Below are positions 25,610 to 38,959 of a DNA stretch of 64,000 nt, in pieces. The notes below the pieces were generated by a model that searched no databases, was not told the origin of the DNA, and saw nothing but the letters and a program-made list of their open reading frames with translations. Position 1 is the stretch's first letter, and every line of letters begins with the position of its first letter. The translations under genes and the position numbers were made by a program. The stretch is from Octopus vulgaris. Taxonomy: Eukaryota. The stretch is taken from positions 174,964,001-175,028,000 of the forward strand of contig OX597817.1 in assembly GCA_951406725.2 (NCBI GenBank), written 5' to 3'.

Positions 25610-25822
25610 GTTTAAACCAGGCATATCCGGCCAAAATATTCTACCTGTTTTATGTTCAAACTGGCCAGATCTGGCCTCTCACGCCTACTTTGTAATGTCA
25701 GTTTTAAAATAGACAAGCTCATCATTGATAACTCAAAGCTACAAGATAATGTGAGATTAATTCAAAACGATGAGTAAATAAGCATTACACTTGACAGAAT
25801 AATCTGAATGCTAAAGTGTTAA
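25610..25822 (-). mobile_element. piggyBac-like MITE family P1
   Basis: Ends ...TCTGAATGCTAAAGTGTTAA; homologous to 60833-61123. Confidence 0.65.
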
Positions 25823-25968
25823 ATCATAGAAGTACCATTGATGATCTTGCCCTTATATAACATGTCAAGGGCCAGCAATGCTAGATTTAGGGATAAGTTA
25901 CATAAGCTACAATTTAACCCTTTTAATATCAACCTGCACGGGAGTGCCCTTAGTTTTATGAATAACAA

Positions 25969-26500
25969 GGTGCAAGAGTGGCTGTGTGGTAAGTAGCTTG
26001 CTTGCCAACCACATGGTTTTTGGTTTCAGTCCCACTGTGTGGCATCTTGGGCAAGTGTCTTCTACTATAGCCTCAGGCTGACCAAAGCCTTATGAGTGGA
26101 TTTGGTAGATGGAAACTGAAAGAAGCCCATTGTATATACTTATATGCATATATACATGTGTGTGTGTGTTTGTGCCTGTGTTTATCCCCCACAACATCAC
26201 CTGACAACCGATTCTGGTGTGTTTATGTCCCTGTAACTTAGCAGTACAGCAAAAGAAACCAATAGAATAAGTGCTAGGCTTACAAAAAATTTCATGTTGC
26301 TCCAGTCGACTAGCAACAAGGAGTAGTATCTGTATTTCAAAGGGCCAACCTTGTTGCATTCTGTGTCATGCTGAATCTCCTTGAGAACTACATTAAGAGT
26401 ACATGTGTCTGTGGGTTACTCAGCCACTTGCATGTTAATCTCACGAACAGGCTGTTCCATTGATTAAATCAACTGTAATCCTTGCAGTCGTAACTGATGA
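25969..26500 (+). mobile_element. SINE family A (3'-truncated) joined to the 3' half of a SINE family C copy
   Basis: Homology to 3411-3812 up to about 26288, then to 8430-8600. Confidence 0.75.
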
Positions 26501-27035
26501 AGCTGAAATGAATGTAGGACTACATTATCAAATATGGATCTTCCATTTTAAGTGTGATTCAAAAGAGAATTGTCTGTTATATCTTGTAAGCAGAATAAAT
26601 CCATAAATGCTTCTAAGGCTGGCAAGATAACCTTCGCCCAATGATCAGGCACCCTATCGACATGGCTACTAACAATTTTCAATTTAATAGCTTGTAAATC
26701 TTAATGTACCCGTAAGATTGCTATTGAAGAGTTTATCTTCACAGAGTGTATCAAAGACAAGACAGTCTTTTAGAATTCCTTTTCTTACAGACCATTCACT
26801 GTTTCTAGTAATTATTGCAGGGATATTACATAAGAAAAGTCTGTGGATGGACTGTAGCTGTAATTCAAAGATTCAAAGCTGTGTCACAGTGGTTTTGACT
26901 GCAGATTACAGTAAGAAAATACACATGCTTAAGGAGTATATATGTATATATACACATGCTAGCATGGAAGATGAACGTTAAACAATAATGATGATGATGA
27001 TGATATATATATATACATACATATATGTATCTATC

Positions 27036-27078
<43 letters not shown>

Positions 27079-28057
27079 CTTTGTATCTGTATTTGTCTTC
27101 CACCACTAATTGACAACTAATGTTGATGTTTTTATATGCCTGTAACTTAGCAGTTTGGCAAAAGAGTCCAATAGAATAAGTACTGGGGTTAATTATTTTG
27201 ACTGAAATTCCTCAAGGAAGTGCCCCAGCATGGCCAGTCAAACGACTGAAACAAATGAAAACTAAAAAATAAAAGATAGTTTTATCTCTCAAATAAAATA
27301 GTTTTAAGCTTTATTCTACATTCATAGATCAAGAATGAAGTTACAGTTACAGCTGAGAAATTTGTTACAGGATGCATGGGAGAAATATGATTATATAAAT
27401 TTTACAAAGTTACAATAATATTTATAGTTGTTTGAAATTCCCACATGCATCAAGTCACATGTTTCCTAACTGCAGCTGTTCCCACAATCCTGATCTATGG
27501 AATGTGTCATTCACGTCTGCACTAGGTCTCATTAGTACCAATTTTTCTTCAATACTTTGGTTACATTGACCAAACTTATAAAACCTGCAATATCATGCCA
27601 AGAAAATATTGCAGATATTTTATTATGAGCTGAGAGGATTCCTGACACTAAGACATAAATCTGGTTCCATTCTGCCATAACCATTTTCTCTGTAGGTTTT
27701 GCAGCATACATTATGGTCTGGCATATTTATTATGAAACACAAGCTTCAGTTGTAATGAATGAACCATTAGTGAAACCCTCAGTATAGCTTCAAAACTGGC
27801 TTACCATAAATATAAATCTGTTATCCTCTTTGAACCACCATGTTTATAATTATCTCTCCTTGTTTTTGTGTTCTAGTAGTGATTGTGAGACATCTCAATC
27901 AATTTTCAACAAAGTCAGGATCAATCAGTACCAAAATGGATCCCGTGAGCAATGCCATTCATATTGTCAGGTTTCCATGTGATGTTTTACATGCTGTAAT
28001 TTCAATAACAGGTTCAAAAGAATCTTGTCATTAACAATCATTTTATAATTACTACAG

Positions 28058-28670
28058 ATGTGCTTCAGAAGACTTGGCAAGCACAAGTGTGACCATAACC
28101 TTGTGGCCTATGCTAGGGGTGTAACCAGTCCACTTATGCATGCCCTTTCTTCATTAGACACTAAACTCTGCTTGCGAAGACCAGTTGAGGCAAGTGAAAT
28201 CAAAATCGAAGTCGAAATCAAACTCGGTGACTGGCATCCGTTGCTTGTCGAGCGCTAAGAGTACCACACGAGTGAGATCATTGCCAGAGCAACAAGCTGG
28301 CCTTCGTGTTGATGGCATGTTAAGCACACCATCCAAGTGTGATCATTACTGCGTCGCCTTACTAGCACTTGTGCTGGTGGCATGTGAAATATTCGACCGA
28401 GGTCGTTGCCAGTGCCGCTGGACTGGCTCCTGTGCAGGTGGCACATAAAAAGCACTATTTGAGTGTGGCCATTGCCAGTTCCACCAAACTGGCCTTCGTG
28501 CTGGTGGCACATAAAAGCACCCATACACTCTTGGAGTGGTTGGCGTTAGGAAGGGTATCCAGCTGTAGAAGCTCTGCCAGATCAGATTGGAGTTTGGTTC
28601 ACCAGTCCTCAGTCAAAATCGTTCAACCCATGCTAGCATGGAAAGCAGATGTTAAATGATGATGATGATG
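28058..28670 (+). mobile_element. RTE LINE 3' end (last codons VLQKTWQAQV* + full 3' UTR + (GAT)n)
   Basis: Four GTGC..GTGGCA units and AGGAAGGGTATCCAGC motif. Confidence 0.85.
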
Positions 28671-28934
28671 TATCTAAATTTCAGTCTGATTTTCGTGCAA
28701 CTAAATTAGGGGACATGCATTTGCTACTGTCAGCTTGAACATGCTCAAAATCCCCTGTTCAGTCACCTACCATGATTTAATAATTGATACTAAGAAATAT
28801 GCAATATTAGTTTCCAAGATGCAAACATGTATGTATATTTTCTTCCAGTTCAACACTGGCCTTACAATTGTTTACTATACCAGTATCTTTAATGTTGGGT
28901 GGAATAAAATTCATTATTATTGCACTCTGTAATA

Positions 28935-29134
28935 TGGTGGGCAGCAGAATCGTTAGCATTGCTGGACAAAATGCTTTGTGCCATTTCATTTGTCTTAACA
29001 TTCTGAATTCAAATTCCACTGAGGTTGATTTTGCCTTTCACTCTTCTGTGGTCAATAAAGTAAGTGATAGTTGTTGATGTAGTTGCCTTACCTACTCCCC
29101 TGAAATAACTGGCCTTGTGCCAACATTTTGAAAT
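28935..29134 (+). mobile_element. SINE family B
   Basis: Homology to other family B copies. Confidence 0.75.
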
Positions 29135-29620
29135 CAGTATTAGTTTCCAAGGAGCAAATATGCTGTATGTGTGTTTTCTCTCAGTTCAATACTGACCTTA
29201 TAATAGTTTAATATACCAGTATCTCTAATGTCAGGCAGAATAAAATTGATTAATATTGCATTATTAATATTTAATACATCAGTTCCAATAAGCCCATGAC
29301 TTTTATCACAGTCCATTACCAGCACTGGTACATATTTATATTGTGAGCTTGTTTCCACAGTGCTTTCAAAGAAACTCAATATTTTTAATCATTGATCTAA
29401 CAAACTGGTGAAGTTGGAGAGGGTTTTCATAAAGGTTGGGTTAAACAAATGACATTGTCTAAAAACTGGAGTAACATCAATAATGGTATCCACTTAAATC
29501 TTTAAACTGTTGTTATTCAGTATAATTAGAAGTAAGGTGGGGTTTTTTGCCTTGTAAGGTTTCATTGTTAGGGATTTAATCACAATTTTCTTCAACAGAA
29601 TTCACTGTCACTATTCATAT

Positions 29621-30039
29621 GGGATCTTTTCGGTTTGAACGGCAGTTTTTTCTAGCGGTTTCATATGAAATTGTCACCCATAATTATGACCCTAGAATCG
29701 ATCTATTGCATTTCAATCTCTTTTAGGGTTAGGGTTAGGGGTGGGGGAAAGGTATCTTTTTTTCTTCAGAAATGTAAACAAACACCAATCTGTTTCTTAA
29801 ACGAGGGACATATTCATATGGCACAGAATGCTTTTTAACTCAATGGGTGTCACTGATTGGTTGAAATTGCAGAAATTGAAGAAAAAAAACAACAAATATC
29901 TTACAAAGTATAGAATTTTCTCAATAAAGCCAAGAGAAAAAGATGTTTTATAAACACATTCTACCAGTATACGAAGTTTGACATTTTTTAGTTACCTAGA
30001 AATTATGTTAAAAACTGCCGTTCAAACCGAAAAGATTCT
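29621..30039. mobile_element. MITE with ~29-bp TIRs and internal (TTAGGG)3
   Basis: TIRs GGGATCTTTTCGGTTTGAACGGCAGTTTT and AAAACTGCCGTTCAAACCGAAAAGATTCT. Confidence 0.85.
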
Positions 30040-30053
30040 TCATTTGTAAGTTA

Positions 30054-30232
30054 AGGTGGCAAGCTGGCAGAACTGTTAGCACACTGGGTGAAATTTCATC
30101 CAGCTGTATGTTCTGAGTTCAAATTCCACCGAGGTTGACTTTACCTTTCATCCTTTTGGGAAAAATGAAATAAGTACCAGTTGAGTACTGGGGTCGACGT
30201 AATCAATTATCTCCCTCCCCACACTTTCAGCC
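30054..30232 (+). mobile_element. SINE family B
   Basis: Homology to other family B copies. Confidence 0.8.
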
Positions 30233-30857
30233 CTGATTAGACTAATCTATAACCAAAAGCATTCATATTACAATCTTCCTTTCTTATTTTTCTTTTTTTT
30301 TTTAACCCCAGTCACGGTCTATCAGTTTACCTAAGACTACATCAATCAATGTGTTCAAGGGAAATTTTTTCCTTAAGTTCTCTGCATGTAGGTACATTTT
30401 TACTTTAATATTCTAACTTTTTTCAAACATAGTCTTGCCTATCACTTTTGAACTCGTGTAAAAAATATATATACATATATTTTTTCATTTTTCAATATTA
30501 ATATATGTATAACTCTCTATGGTTTTTTTCTGCTAGTCCACCTGTTACATTATATTCTACTATACACACGTGGCCCTGTTCATTATACTTTGTCTCGACC
30601 TGTTACCATTTTCTTAAACATACCTGTTAGCTTTTCATTCTTACTTTTATGTTTATAGTTTACCAAACATATTGACGTGCATACACATTGATATGTCTGT
30701 CTTTTTTTCTCTCTTACTATCATTATTACTGTTACTTTTCCCCTTTTAAAACTTGCTTGCAAATATCCGATTTTTTTCCCTATTACCCCACTTGTATTCT
30801 CTCTTATTTTAATTTAATTTAATTTATTAAACCTTCTTTGATGTCCTTACAAAAATT

Positions 30858-30960
30858 CTTCACACCGATGAAAATGACAATGCATAAATTTAATTATAAT
30901 TACTATGGTTATAATTTTCTTACATATTTGTATTGTCCTTTGAAACACACATATGTATTG
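30858..30960 (+). ncRNA. Degenerate hammerhead-like motif with long stem II (probable Penelope-like LTR relic)
   Basis: CCGATGA (30865), AAATGACAATGCA...TGTATTGTCCTTT, GAAACA...TGT-A; stem I not intact. Confidence 0.35.
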
Positions 30961-31418
30961 CATCCTATTTTGTATTAAATCTAATTTTGATTCAACATCT
31001 TTCTATAATTGTTTATGGTATTTTTATACCTATAACGATATTTTTCAACTTCTATTTCCGTGTTCTTATTACTTGCTCAGGGTGTTTTTTATGAATATGA
31101 TGAATCTCTATTAGAAATCATTCTTTCTCTCTTTTTGGACCTCTCAAAAAGTTTGAATCGTTCTCTTTTGAACTTATTTTTTTTTACACATATATACATG
31201 CATATGATGGGCTTCTTTCAGTTTCTGTCGAGCAAATCCACTAACAAGGCTTTGGTAGAAGACATTTGCCCAAGGTACCATTCAGTGGGACTGAACCTGG
31301 AACCATGCAATTGGAAAGCAAACTGCATAGCCATGTATGTGCCAATACAATACTATAAAAAAGAATGAATATATATATATGTATATATGTGTGTATGTAT
31401 ATATATATATATATATAC

Positions 31419-31904
31419 ACCAGTGCCGGTGGCATGTCGAAACTCTACTTGTGAAGACGTGTTGAGGCAAGTGAGGATCAGAATCGAAATCGATCAATGG
31501 AAATTGCAGATGTGTTACCAGTGCCGGTGGCATGTAAGAGAACCTTCCGTTTTGCGACCGTTGCCAGCGCCACCCCGACTGGCCTTGTGCCGGTGGCACG
31601 TAAAAAGCACCATCCGTTCGTGTCCGTTGCCAGCCTTGCCTGGCCCTCGTGCCGGTGGCACATAAAAAGCACCATCCGTTCGTGGCCGTTTGCCAGCTTT
31701 GTCTGGCACCTGTGCGGGTGGCACGTAAAAAGCACCCACTACACTCACGGAGTGGTTGGCGTCAGGAAGGGCATCCAGCCGTAAAAACACTGCCAGATTT
31801 GACTGGGCCTGATGAAGCCTTCTGGCTTCACAGACCCTGGTCGAACCATCCAACCCATGCTAGCATGGAAAACGGACGCTAAACGATGATGATGATGATG
31901 ATGA
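31419..31904 (+). mobile_element. Young RTE LINE 3' UTR with five GTGCCGGTGGCA units
   Basis: CpG-rich, ~62-bp internal tandem repeat, (GAT)n tail. Confidence 0.85.
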
Positions 31905-31911
31905 TACATAT

Positions 31912-32276
31912 ATGGAGTGGCTGTATGGTATGTAGCTTGCTTACCAACCACATGGTTATGGATTCAGTCTGTGTGGAATCTTGGGCAAGTATCTTCTTCT
32001 ATAGTCTTGGGCCGACCAAAGCCTTGAGTGGATTTGGTAGATGGAAACTGAAAGAAGCCCGTCGTATATATGTGTGTGTGTCTGTGTTTGTCCCCCCCCC
32101 CAACATCGATTGACAACCGATGCTGACGTGTTTACTTCCCTGTAACTTAGCGGTTGGGCAAAAGAGACCGATAGAATAAGTACTAGGCTTACAAAGAATA
32201 AGTCCTGGGGTCAATTTGCTCGACTAAAGGCGGTGCTCCAGCATGGCTGCAGTCAAATGACTGAAACAAGTAAAAG
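31912..32276 (+). mobile_element. SINE family A
   Basis: Homology to 3411-3812. Confidence 0.85.
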
Positions 32277-33179
32277 CGTATACTTTTGATGTGATACGTG
32301 TGTGTCCAATGTAAACAAAAGTAGAATAATGAACAATTTCCCTGATTACTTTATAGTCTTTCTAATTACATTCGTCGTCGAAATTTAATCCGGCAGCTTG
32401 CAGGTTTTTCATTTGTTGTTGAGCTAAGCATTTTTTTTTTTATATTTTGGTAATATATTTATTATTGATTTTTAATATTGCAATAAGGTCAGATGTTTTG
32501 GGAAGATGGGTATCATTGATCATATCGATCTTGGCGTATTGCTGATACTAAAACCAATGAGGTAGCTTCCACGTGGTTGCTTGACCTGCTAGAAAAAACG
32601 AACATCCAAATGCCTTTCAAATCACACCCTATCATCTCGAAAATGGTAAAAAAACAAACAGTGTATTATAATGTAATTTTAGATATAAAATGCCTGAAAG
32701 AAAGGATAATTATGACAGGGTGGTCACAAAATACGTTCTGTCATACTAAATAGCAACAATAAATGATACTTATTTTGTTGAACCCAGAAGGATGAAAAGC
32801 GAAGTCAACTCTGACTGAATTCGAACCGAGAATGTAAAGAGACGTTGCTGCCTCGAAGCATTTTGGTAATAAATTATCAAAGCTTGTTTATGATTGGATC
32901 CCACTAAATCACACATGTCGTGTTCTGCTGGAGAACGCAACAAATATGAACCTAATGAACCTTGGAAATTTGTGGTTCCAGGCACAGTTATTGAGATACT
33001 TATAAGGAGATATAAAAATATTCTAAATTCTTAAAAAATGTTAAATCCGTCATATTTTCTAAATGTATAAAGGCCGGGTTATTCCCAAGCCCTCCCCCAC
33101 TTACAAATATGTATATATAAGTGTGTATGTATGTAATTCGACGAATGTAATTTCGACAATCATTGAAGTGCTAAAATTC

Positions 33180-33950
33180 CGAGTAATTCAAAATTCGTGT
33201 CGGGAACTCTTAATATCATGGGAAATGACGTAACCGGGGAGGGAGAGACTTTTAAAATTGTTCTCGTTTTCCTTTTTTACAAACCTACATAATAATAACA
33301 ATACGATTAGAAAAAGGAAGTGAAATAAAGGAAAACTATGTTTCGGTAGTTTTAGTTTAAGAACCAATTCCATGATTATATAATCGACGATGGAGAATGT
33401 CCTGGAGACAAAAATATGAAGAGGAAGGAAATTAAGTAAAGTTTAACCAAAGATTACACTTATACTATAAGTGGGTGTGTGTGACGAAGGCGTGATTGGT
33501 TTTCTTTTTCTTCTTTACTATACAATCAACTGAGAGTAAAACGTCTTATTTACTACTAAGTAAACTTAGACGGACGTGTCATCTGTGAATGAAAGAAGAA
33601 GCTCGAATAATCAGATGACAACAACGACGGGCGACTGCTAAATATCAGCCAAGCTAGAATTGTGCCACAGAGGAATGGGTTGTACGCATGCGTGGAGCCA
33701 GTGACCTAGTTTCTCAGCGGGAAAGTCGAATTATAATTATCACTGTGGTGATCAGTACTCTGGCTGGATTTCCGAAATTTGTTGCCGGTAAGTAAAGAAA
33801 GAAATCTATTTTCTTGATTGTGAAGCAAAAATACACCGAGATCATTTTGTGAATGTCTGTGGCGAAAACAGAGTCGGAAATCGCTGTTAGGTTTCTGATG
33901 TCTGCTTCTCGGAAAACGAACCGAGCAGTTCTGGTCTCTCTCTACTTTGT
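33180..33950. promoter_or_regulatory. CpG-rich promoter-like core
   Basis: Repeat-free with high CpG density; TGACGTAA (33226), reversed CCAAT (about 33495), NRF1-like palindrome ACGCATGCGT (33684-33693). Confidence 0.55.
33700..33787 (+). other. Candidate non-coding first exon of a plus-strand gene (start approximate)
   Basis: Consensus donor CCG|GTAAGT at 33788-33793, about 95 bp downstream of the NRF1-like site; no ATG in the segment. Confidence 0.45.
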
Positions 33951-34455
33951 GTCTATCTTGACAGTAGCAGCGATGAGAAGAATACCAAGTGGGGGGGTCA
34001 TTTTGGTTAAGTCTACTGCTTTCACAACGATTCCTCCTTTTATATAGCCACCTAGCTGCTCTCTTTCTTCGTTTGATTTCTTTTCTTTTCTGCTGCCATA
34101 CATCATGATTTGTCTTAGAATCGTCCTTATCTTTTCAGTCTTGTGATCCAGTTAATATATTTCGTCGATTTTCATTAATATAAAATGAACCACTGGTTTT
34201 GGTATCGATTTGGTAGGTTTCGCTATTGTCGAATTCATCTGATGATATTTTCTTTCAATCTATTCTTCCTGGTGTAGTAGTCGTGACAATAGTTGTAGCC
34301 ATGTGTTTATCAGAAACGAAAGTAATTTTTAATTTAACGATTAAATTTGATTGCATTGTTACTAAAATGCAATAATAAGAATAATGATAATGAATAGTTA
34401 ATTAACGTTTATTCAAAAAAAAAAAAAGAAGAAAAATCACTAATATTATTATTAA

Positions 34456-34652
34456 TGGTGGTTGCAGAATCGTTAGAGCACCTGGGGAAAATGTCTTGGG
34501 ATATTTGTCTCGGCTTTTTACGTTCTGAGTTCAGATCCTACAGGAGTCAGTTTTTCCTTTCATTCTTTCATGGGTCGATAAGATAAAGTACCTGTCAAAT
34601 ACTAGATTCGACTTACTCATTCCTTAAAAATTGCTGGCCTAGTACCTAAATC
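34456..34652 (+). mobile_element. Degenerate SINE family B
   Basis: Homology to other family B copies. Confidence 0.65.
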
Positions 34653-34670
34653 AAAAGCAATTATCATTAT

Positions 34671-34710
<40 letters not shown>

Positions 34711-35688
34711 GCGTACAAAGTTTTAAAATCATTGAAAGCAACCACTCAACAATTAGGCTAATTAAAATTTTAATGAGACCATGTCTGGCTTAAACTATTT
34801 TCTTATATAGCCAATCAATATTTAATCGTCTAGAGTGTTTTTTATTAGATCTTTTCTCTCTTCTCTCGGTTCCTTTAATGTGTTTGATAAGAATTGCATA
34901 TTCTAAGAGACCGACATGGAGCGAAATTGACACTGCTACTGTTCTTGTGTGTAACGTGTTGCAAGAGAATGGTAAAACGGACTTCCAACATCCAGTAGTA
35001 GTAGTAGTAGTAGTAGTAGAAGCGATGCTAATGGATGTTCAGTTTCTTGAATTTTAAGGAGTGTCTTAATGATAATAAAAAAGAGTCAATTATACATGTG
35101 CGTATATGCGGGTTAGGTGCTCGTGTGTGTGTTTGCGTGTGTAACAGCATGTACTCGCTGCGCATATGTGTGTCAGCGTGCACTTGCACACTTAATTTGT
35201 TGCACTCATATATCAAACAGTTGGCTATAAGTGCTCTTTGTAAAAGATGCGTGCAGCCACACAACCGTTTGTTGTATGCATGTGTGTGTATGTATGAATG
35301 TATGTACGTTTGTGTATATTATTTAATCTTCCAACTTAATTTAGTGTTTTCTTTTTCCTTGGCCTGTGTTAAGTGAGCTGCATAATAAAGGAATTTATTT
35401 GAAAATTGGTCATAAAAATATTCCGTTCTTTTCGACGATATTTCGCCTACAAACAAGACTATTATGAAAAATAAAACGACCAAACTATTAACCTGTTATT
35501 TATGATGTTTTTAATATGCGAATTCCTCATTCATTTGAAAGTGAGTGAGTGAGGAAGAGAGAATAGAAAGAATACAAAAAAACCCCGAAGAATATGCATT
35601 CAAGAAACGAGTCCTTTATATATATATATATAATGTATGTGTGAGTGCGTGTGTGCCTACGCGCGTGTATGGATATATGCCATAACTA

Positions 35689-35919
35689 CAGATTGGTGCT
35701 CCTGATTTTGTTTCCGCATAACTTGCTTAAAAATGCGAATTTTTTTTTTAAACGAAATTTTACAAAGATACATTTTCGCGGATGTAGATTACGTAATGTT
35801 GATGTTTTAAATTACTTGTAATCTACACCTTCGAAAAGTAATCTCTGCAAAATTTCGTTTAAATGTATGCACTTCTCTGAAGATTACGAGGAAACAAGTC
35901 AGCAGGGGGTTCCAATCTG
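35689..35919. mobile_element. Palindromic Tc1/mariner-type MITE
   Basis: TA|CAGATTGG...CCAATCTG|TA with complementarity running almost to the centre (TAAACGAAATTTT with AAAATTTCGTTTA; TGTAGATTAC with GTAATCTACA). Confidence 0.8.
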
Positions 35920-36127
35920 TAGTGATTCATATATATATATATAAATATATATGTGATATATGATATGCATGTATGTATATGTGTGTGTGTGTGTTTGCTT
36001 TTATGTCGAGTTAAAATTAAACCAATTTACGTTAAACTCAATATTTTTGATGAGTACATATTCTTTAAACAAGAATAGTGTTGACAGTGACTTCGAAGTG
36101 TCAGCCTGCTTAAACTTCGTGTGTGTG

Positions 36128-36162
<35 letters not shown>

Positions 36163-37367
36163 CTGTATATATGTTATCTCGTCAGGTGCGAGATGGAAAT
36201 CATGGCACTAGCAGGATACGACTGTTGAAGATTCCTCGTGCCTGCTGTGTTTAAGGGATGGGAATGTTGTAACCAAACATTAAGAAACATCAACCAAGGA
36301 AGAGAATGGAGGGAAAAAACATTAGCGCTTGCCTGCAAAAATTATATAAGATTTCTTCGAGATGATCTAAACGCTTAATTGATTAATTAATTAATTATCA
36401 ATTAACTCAGAATCGAACCTGTGTTCAAAATGATGACAACCTTATAATCTGTTCTAAGATATGAAACTTAACAGGTTCTTTTAATCCGTCTCTCATTCAA
36501 ATTGTAATGAAATTAAGTGAATGAGATTATACACACACACACACATATGATATATTTTGTTATTGTTTGAAACCCATATAAGGCCTAACCTAGCAGAGTT
36601 GTGATCGAAGACATTCCGGTTGTGACCATCTCGTCGTTCTTTAATATGTTGGTTATTTTCTACATTATCAAGACGGTAAAGTGTGATTTGAAGTAGTTTT
36701 GGATGCATAGAGGCTCCGTGGTTTGGTAGTGTGTGTGTGTTTCTTAGTCGGGCGAATAAACTCTCTGGCAATCCGTAACTGGGATTCCATTTCACGCTTC
36801 ATTTGCTACAATGAAAACCAGGCATCAATGTTACTTCATATCATTATCTCTGACAATAAGTAAACTGTAGCTAAATCGGCGCATATTTTTTTTTTTTAAT
36901 AATTAAAGTAGAAGATACAATATACATGTAATTGTCGACCATCTCTACGGGAAAGATAGGTTTAGGGGAAAGCTAATACTATGCTTTCGTCCCCCCCACT
37001 TAGTCAACTAGTTGAATCGCTTTGACAAATGTGGAACTTTGAATTAACCAATGTATTCTTCCTTTTTTTTTCTAAGGTAAAGTGTATGATTCTTGGGAAA
37101 TTTGGTTATTTTTAGTTTGTCCAGCGATCACGCACACGCGCGTAATACTAATTAATACAAATATTAAGTATCATCTCTCCCTATCTATCTATGTTTGCCT
37201 GTGTCTGTCTACAGCTACACACACACACATATGTACACATACTTGCACATGTATGTGTATATATGCAATGAGTATATCTGCATGTAAAGGACCGAATTGC
37301 ACGTATGCAGCATGTATGAGTAAAGATATCTTTGTGATTGTATATGTATTTCTATCTAAATGCGCAT

Positions 37368-37797
<430 letters not shown>

Positions 37798-38494
37798 CTC
37801 ATTGCATATCTATATGTCTTTATGTACACACACACATATATATAATGCGAGATACATAGATTTGTAAGATTATTATTATTATGTTTTTTTTTAATGTTGG
37901 CAATGCCCATCCATTATCGACTTTTCCCCTGATGGTCATCATCTCATCTTCCAATAAAATGGTTGCCACGAAACAAGTCTCATGTCATCCGACCAGCCAA
38001 CCGACCAACTCGCCAACCTGTCAGTCTGCCAGGCACCGGCCGGGAAGATGAGAGAAGAGAAAATAGAACGTATATGAGGACCGTCAATTGTCACAATTAT
38101 TTCTAATAGTCCAGGCTACTGAAACAGCTAGTGTATATATCTGTGGTGGGTTATAATTAAAGCTCGTGTATATATAGTACAACTCCTGCAGATATTTACT
38201 CTATCAGCAGGGAGGAGTGCGAGAAGAAAGAAAGAAGAAAGCAGAAGCCGGTGCCTGCCATTATCTTTCTTTCCTTTCAGCAAAATCTTATCTAATCAGT
38301 GGTATTTTTTTCTTTCTTTCTAAGATATAAATGCTATAATTATGGTCATTTTACGATTATACCAATAAAAATATAATATGAATACAATATCTGCTGGTGT
38401 AGTCGACCAACACTCTTTCAATGGGGTTCTTAGTTTTTTTCTTTTTTCTTTTTTATCAATAATCATTACGCGCACTTCATATCGCAAATCTTTG

Positions 38495-38715
38495 GCGGTT
38501 TGCGGGCTGTATATATGTTCGTTCAACCTGCTGAAAATAACAGCCAAATCTCCCTCAAATCATACCCTGCCGTCTTTGTAAAAAGAAAGAGAGCAAAAGC
38601 ATTGGTCTCTGTAGCCCCACATACTGTCCGACAGAAAGACGAAATGGTCACAGCTGTTATGCCTTCCTCCTGCAGTTCTACTCATTCAAGACTGACCCAG
38701 GTCAAACCAGCAACT
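38495..38715 (+). mobile_element. Interspersed repeat family D (AGCCAAATCTCCCTCAAATCA...GGTCACAGCTG...(CAA)n tail)
   Basis: Homologous copies near 23.0-23.5, 25.2-25.4, 32.6-32.8, 36.6-36.7 (-), 43.6-43.8 (-) and 59.7-59.8 kb (-). Confidence 0.6.
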
Positions 38716-38959
38716 AATAGCCTCATGTCATCTCGTCTTCTTTTTTTTTTTTTTATCTCTATCTTACCGAATTTCGCCTGTCCGTCTGCCTTTCGTTCCC
38801 ATTCCCTCCTCGTCTATTTCAATTCGGTAATTCTCTGATTACATTCAGCATTGCATTTCTCCCTGTCTTAATTAGATTTAATTAATCTCTCTGAATTAAC
38901 GTCTTAACATAACTCTTCAAGTTCCCCAATTAGTATTTTAACTGGGAAGACTGCACAAC

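Larger units (their letters stand above)
27400..29560 (-). pseudogene. Decayed Ty3/Gypsy LTR-retrotransposon pol (protease, RT start, RNase H traces), interrupted by later insertions
   Basis: Minus strand: LNNNSLKI*VDT (protease site), VPVLVMDCDKSHGLIGTDVL, EQGIL/EHVQADSSKCMSPNLVARKSD (WASP motif region), LLKLQH/ITWKPDNMNGIA (RNase H end); no LTRs identified. Confidence 0.65.

Noticed and set aside
31520-31740. CRISPR-like array of palindromic repeats
   Set aside because: The spacers are homologous to each other, the context is eukaryotic, there are no cas genes, and it is an RTE 3' UTR tandem repeat
38281-38301. 21-nt plus-strand microexon after a strong polypyrimidine acceptor
   Set aside because: Weak donor (GTATTT); cannot be distinguished from chance without RNA data
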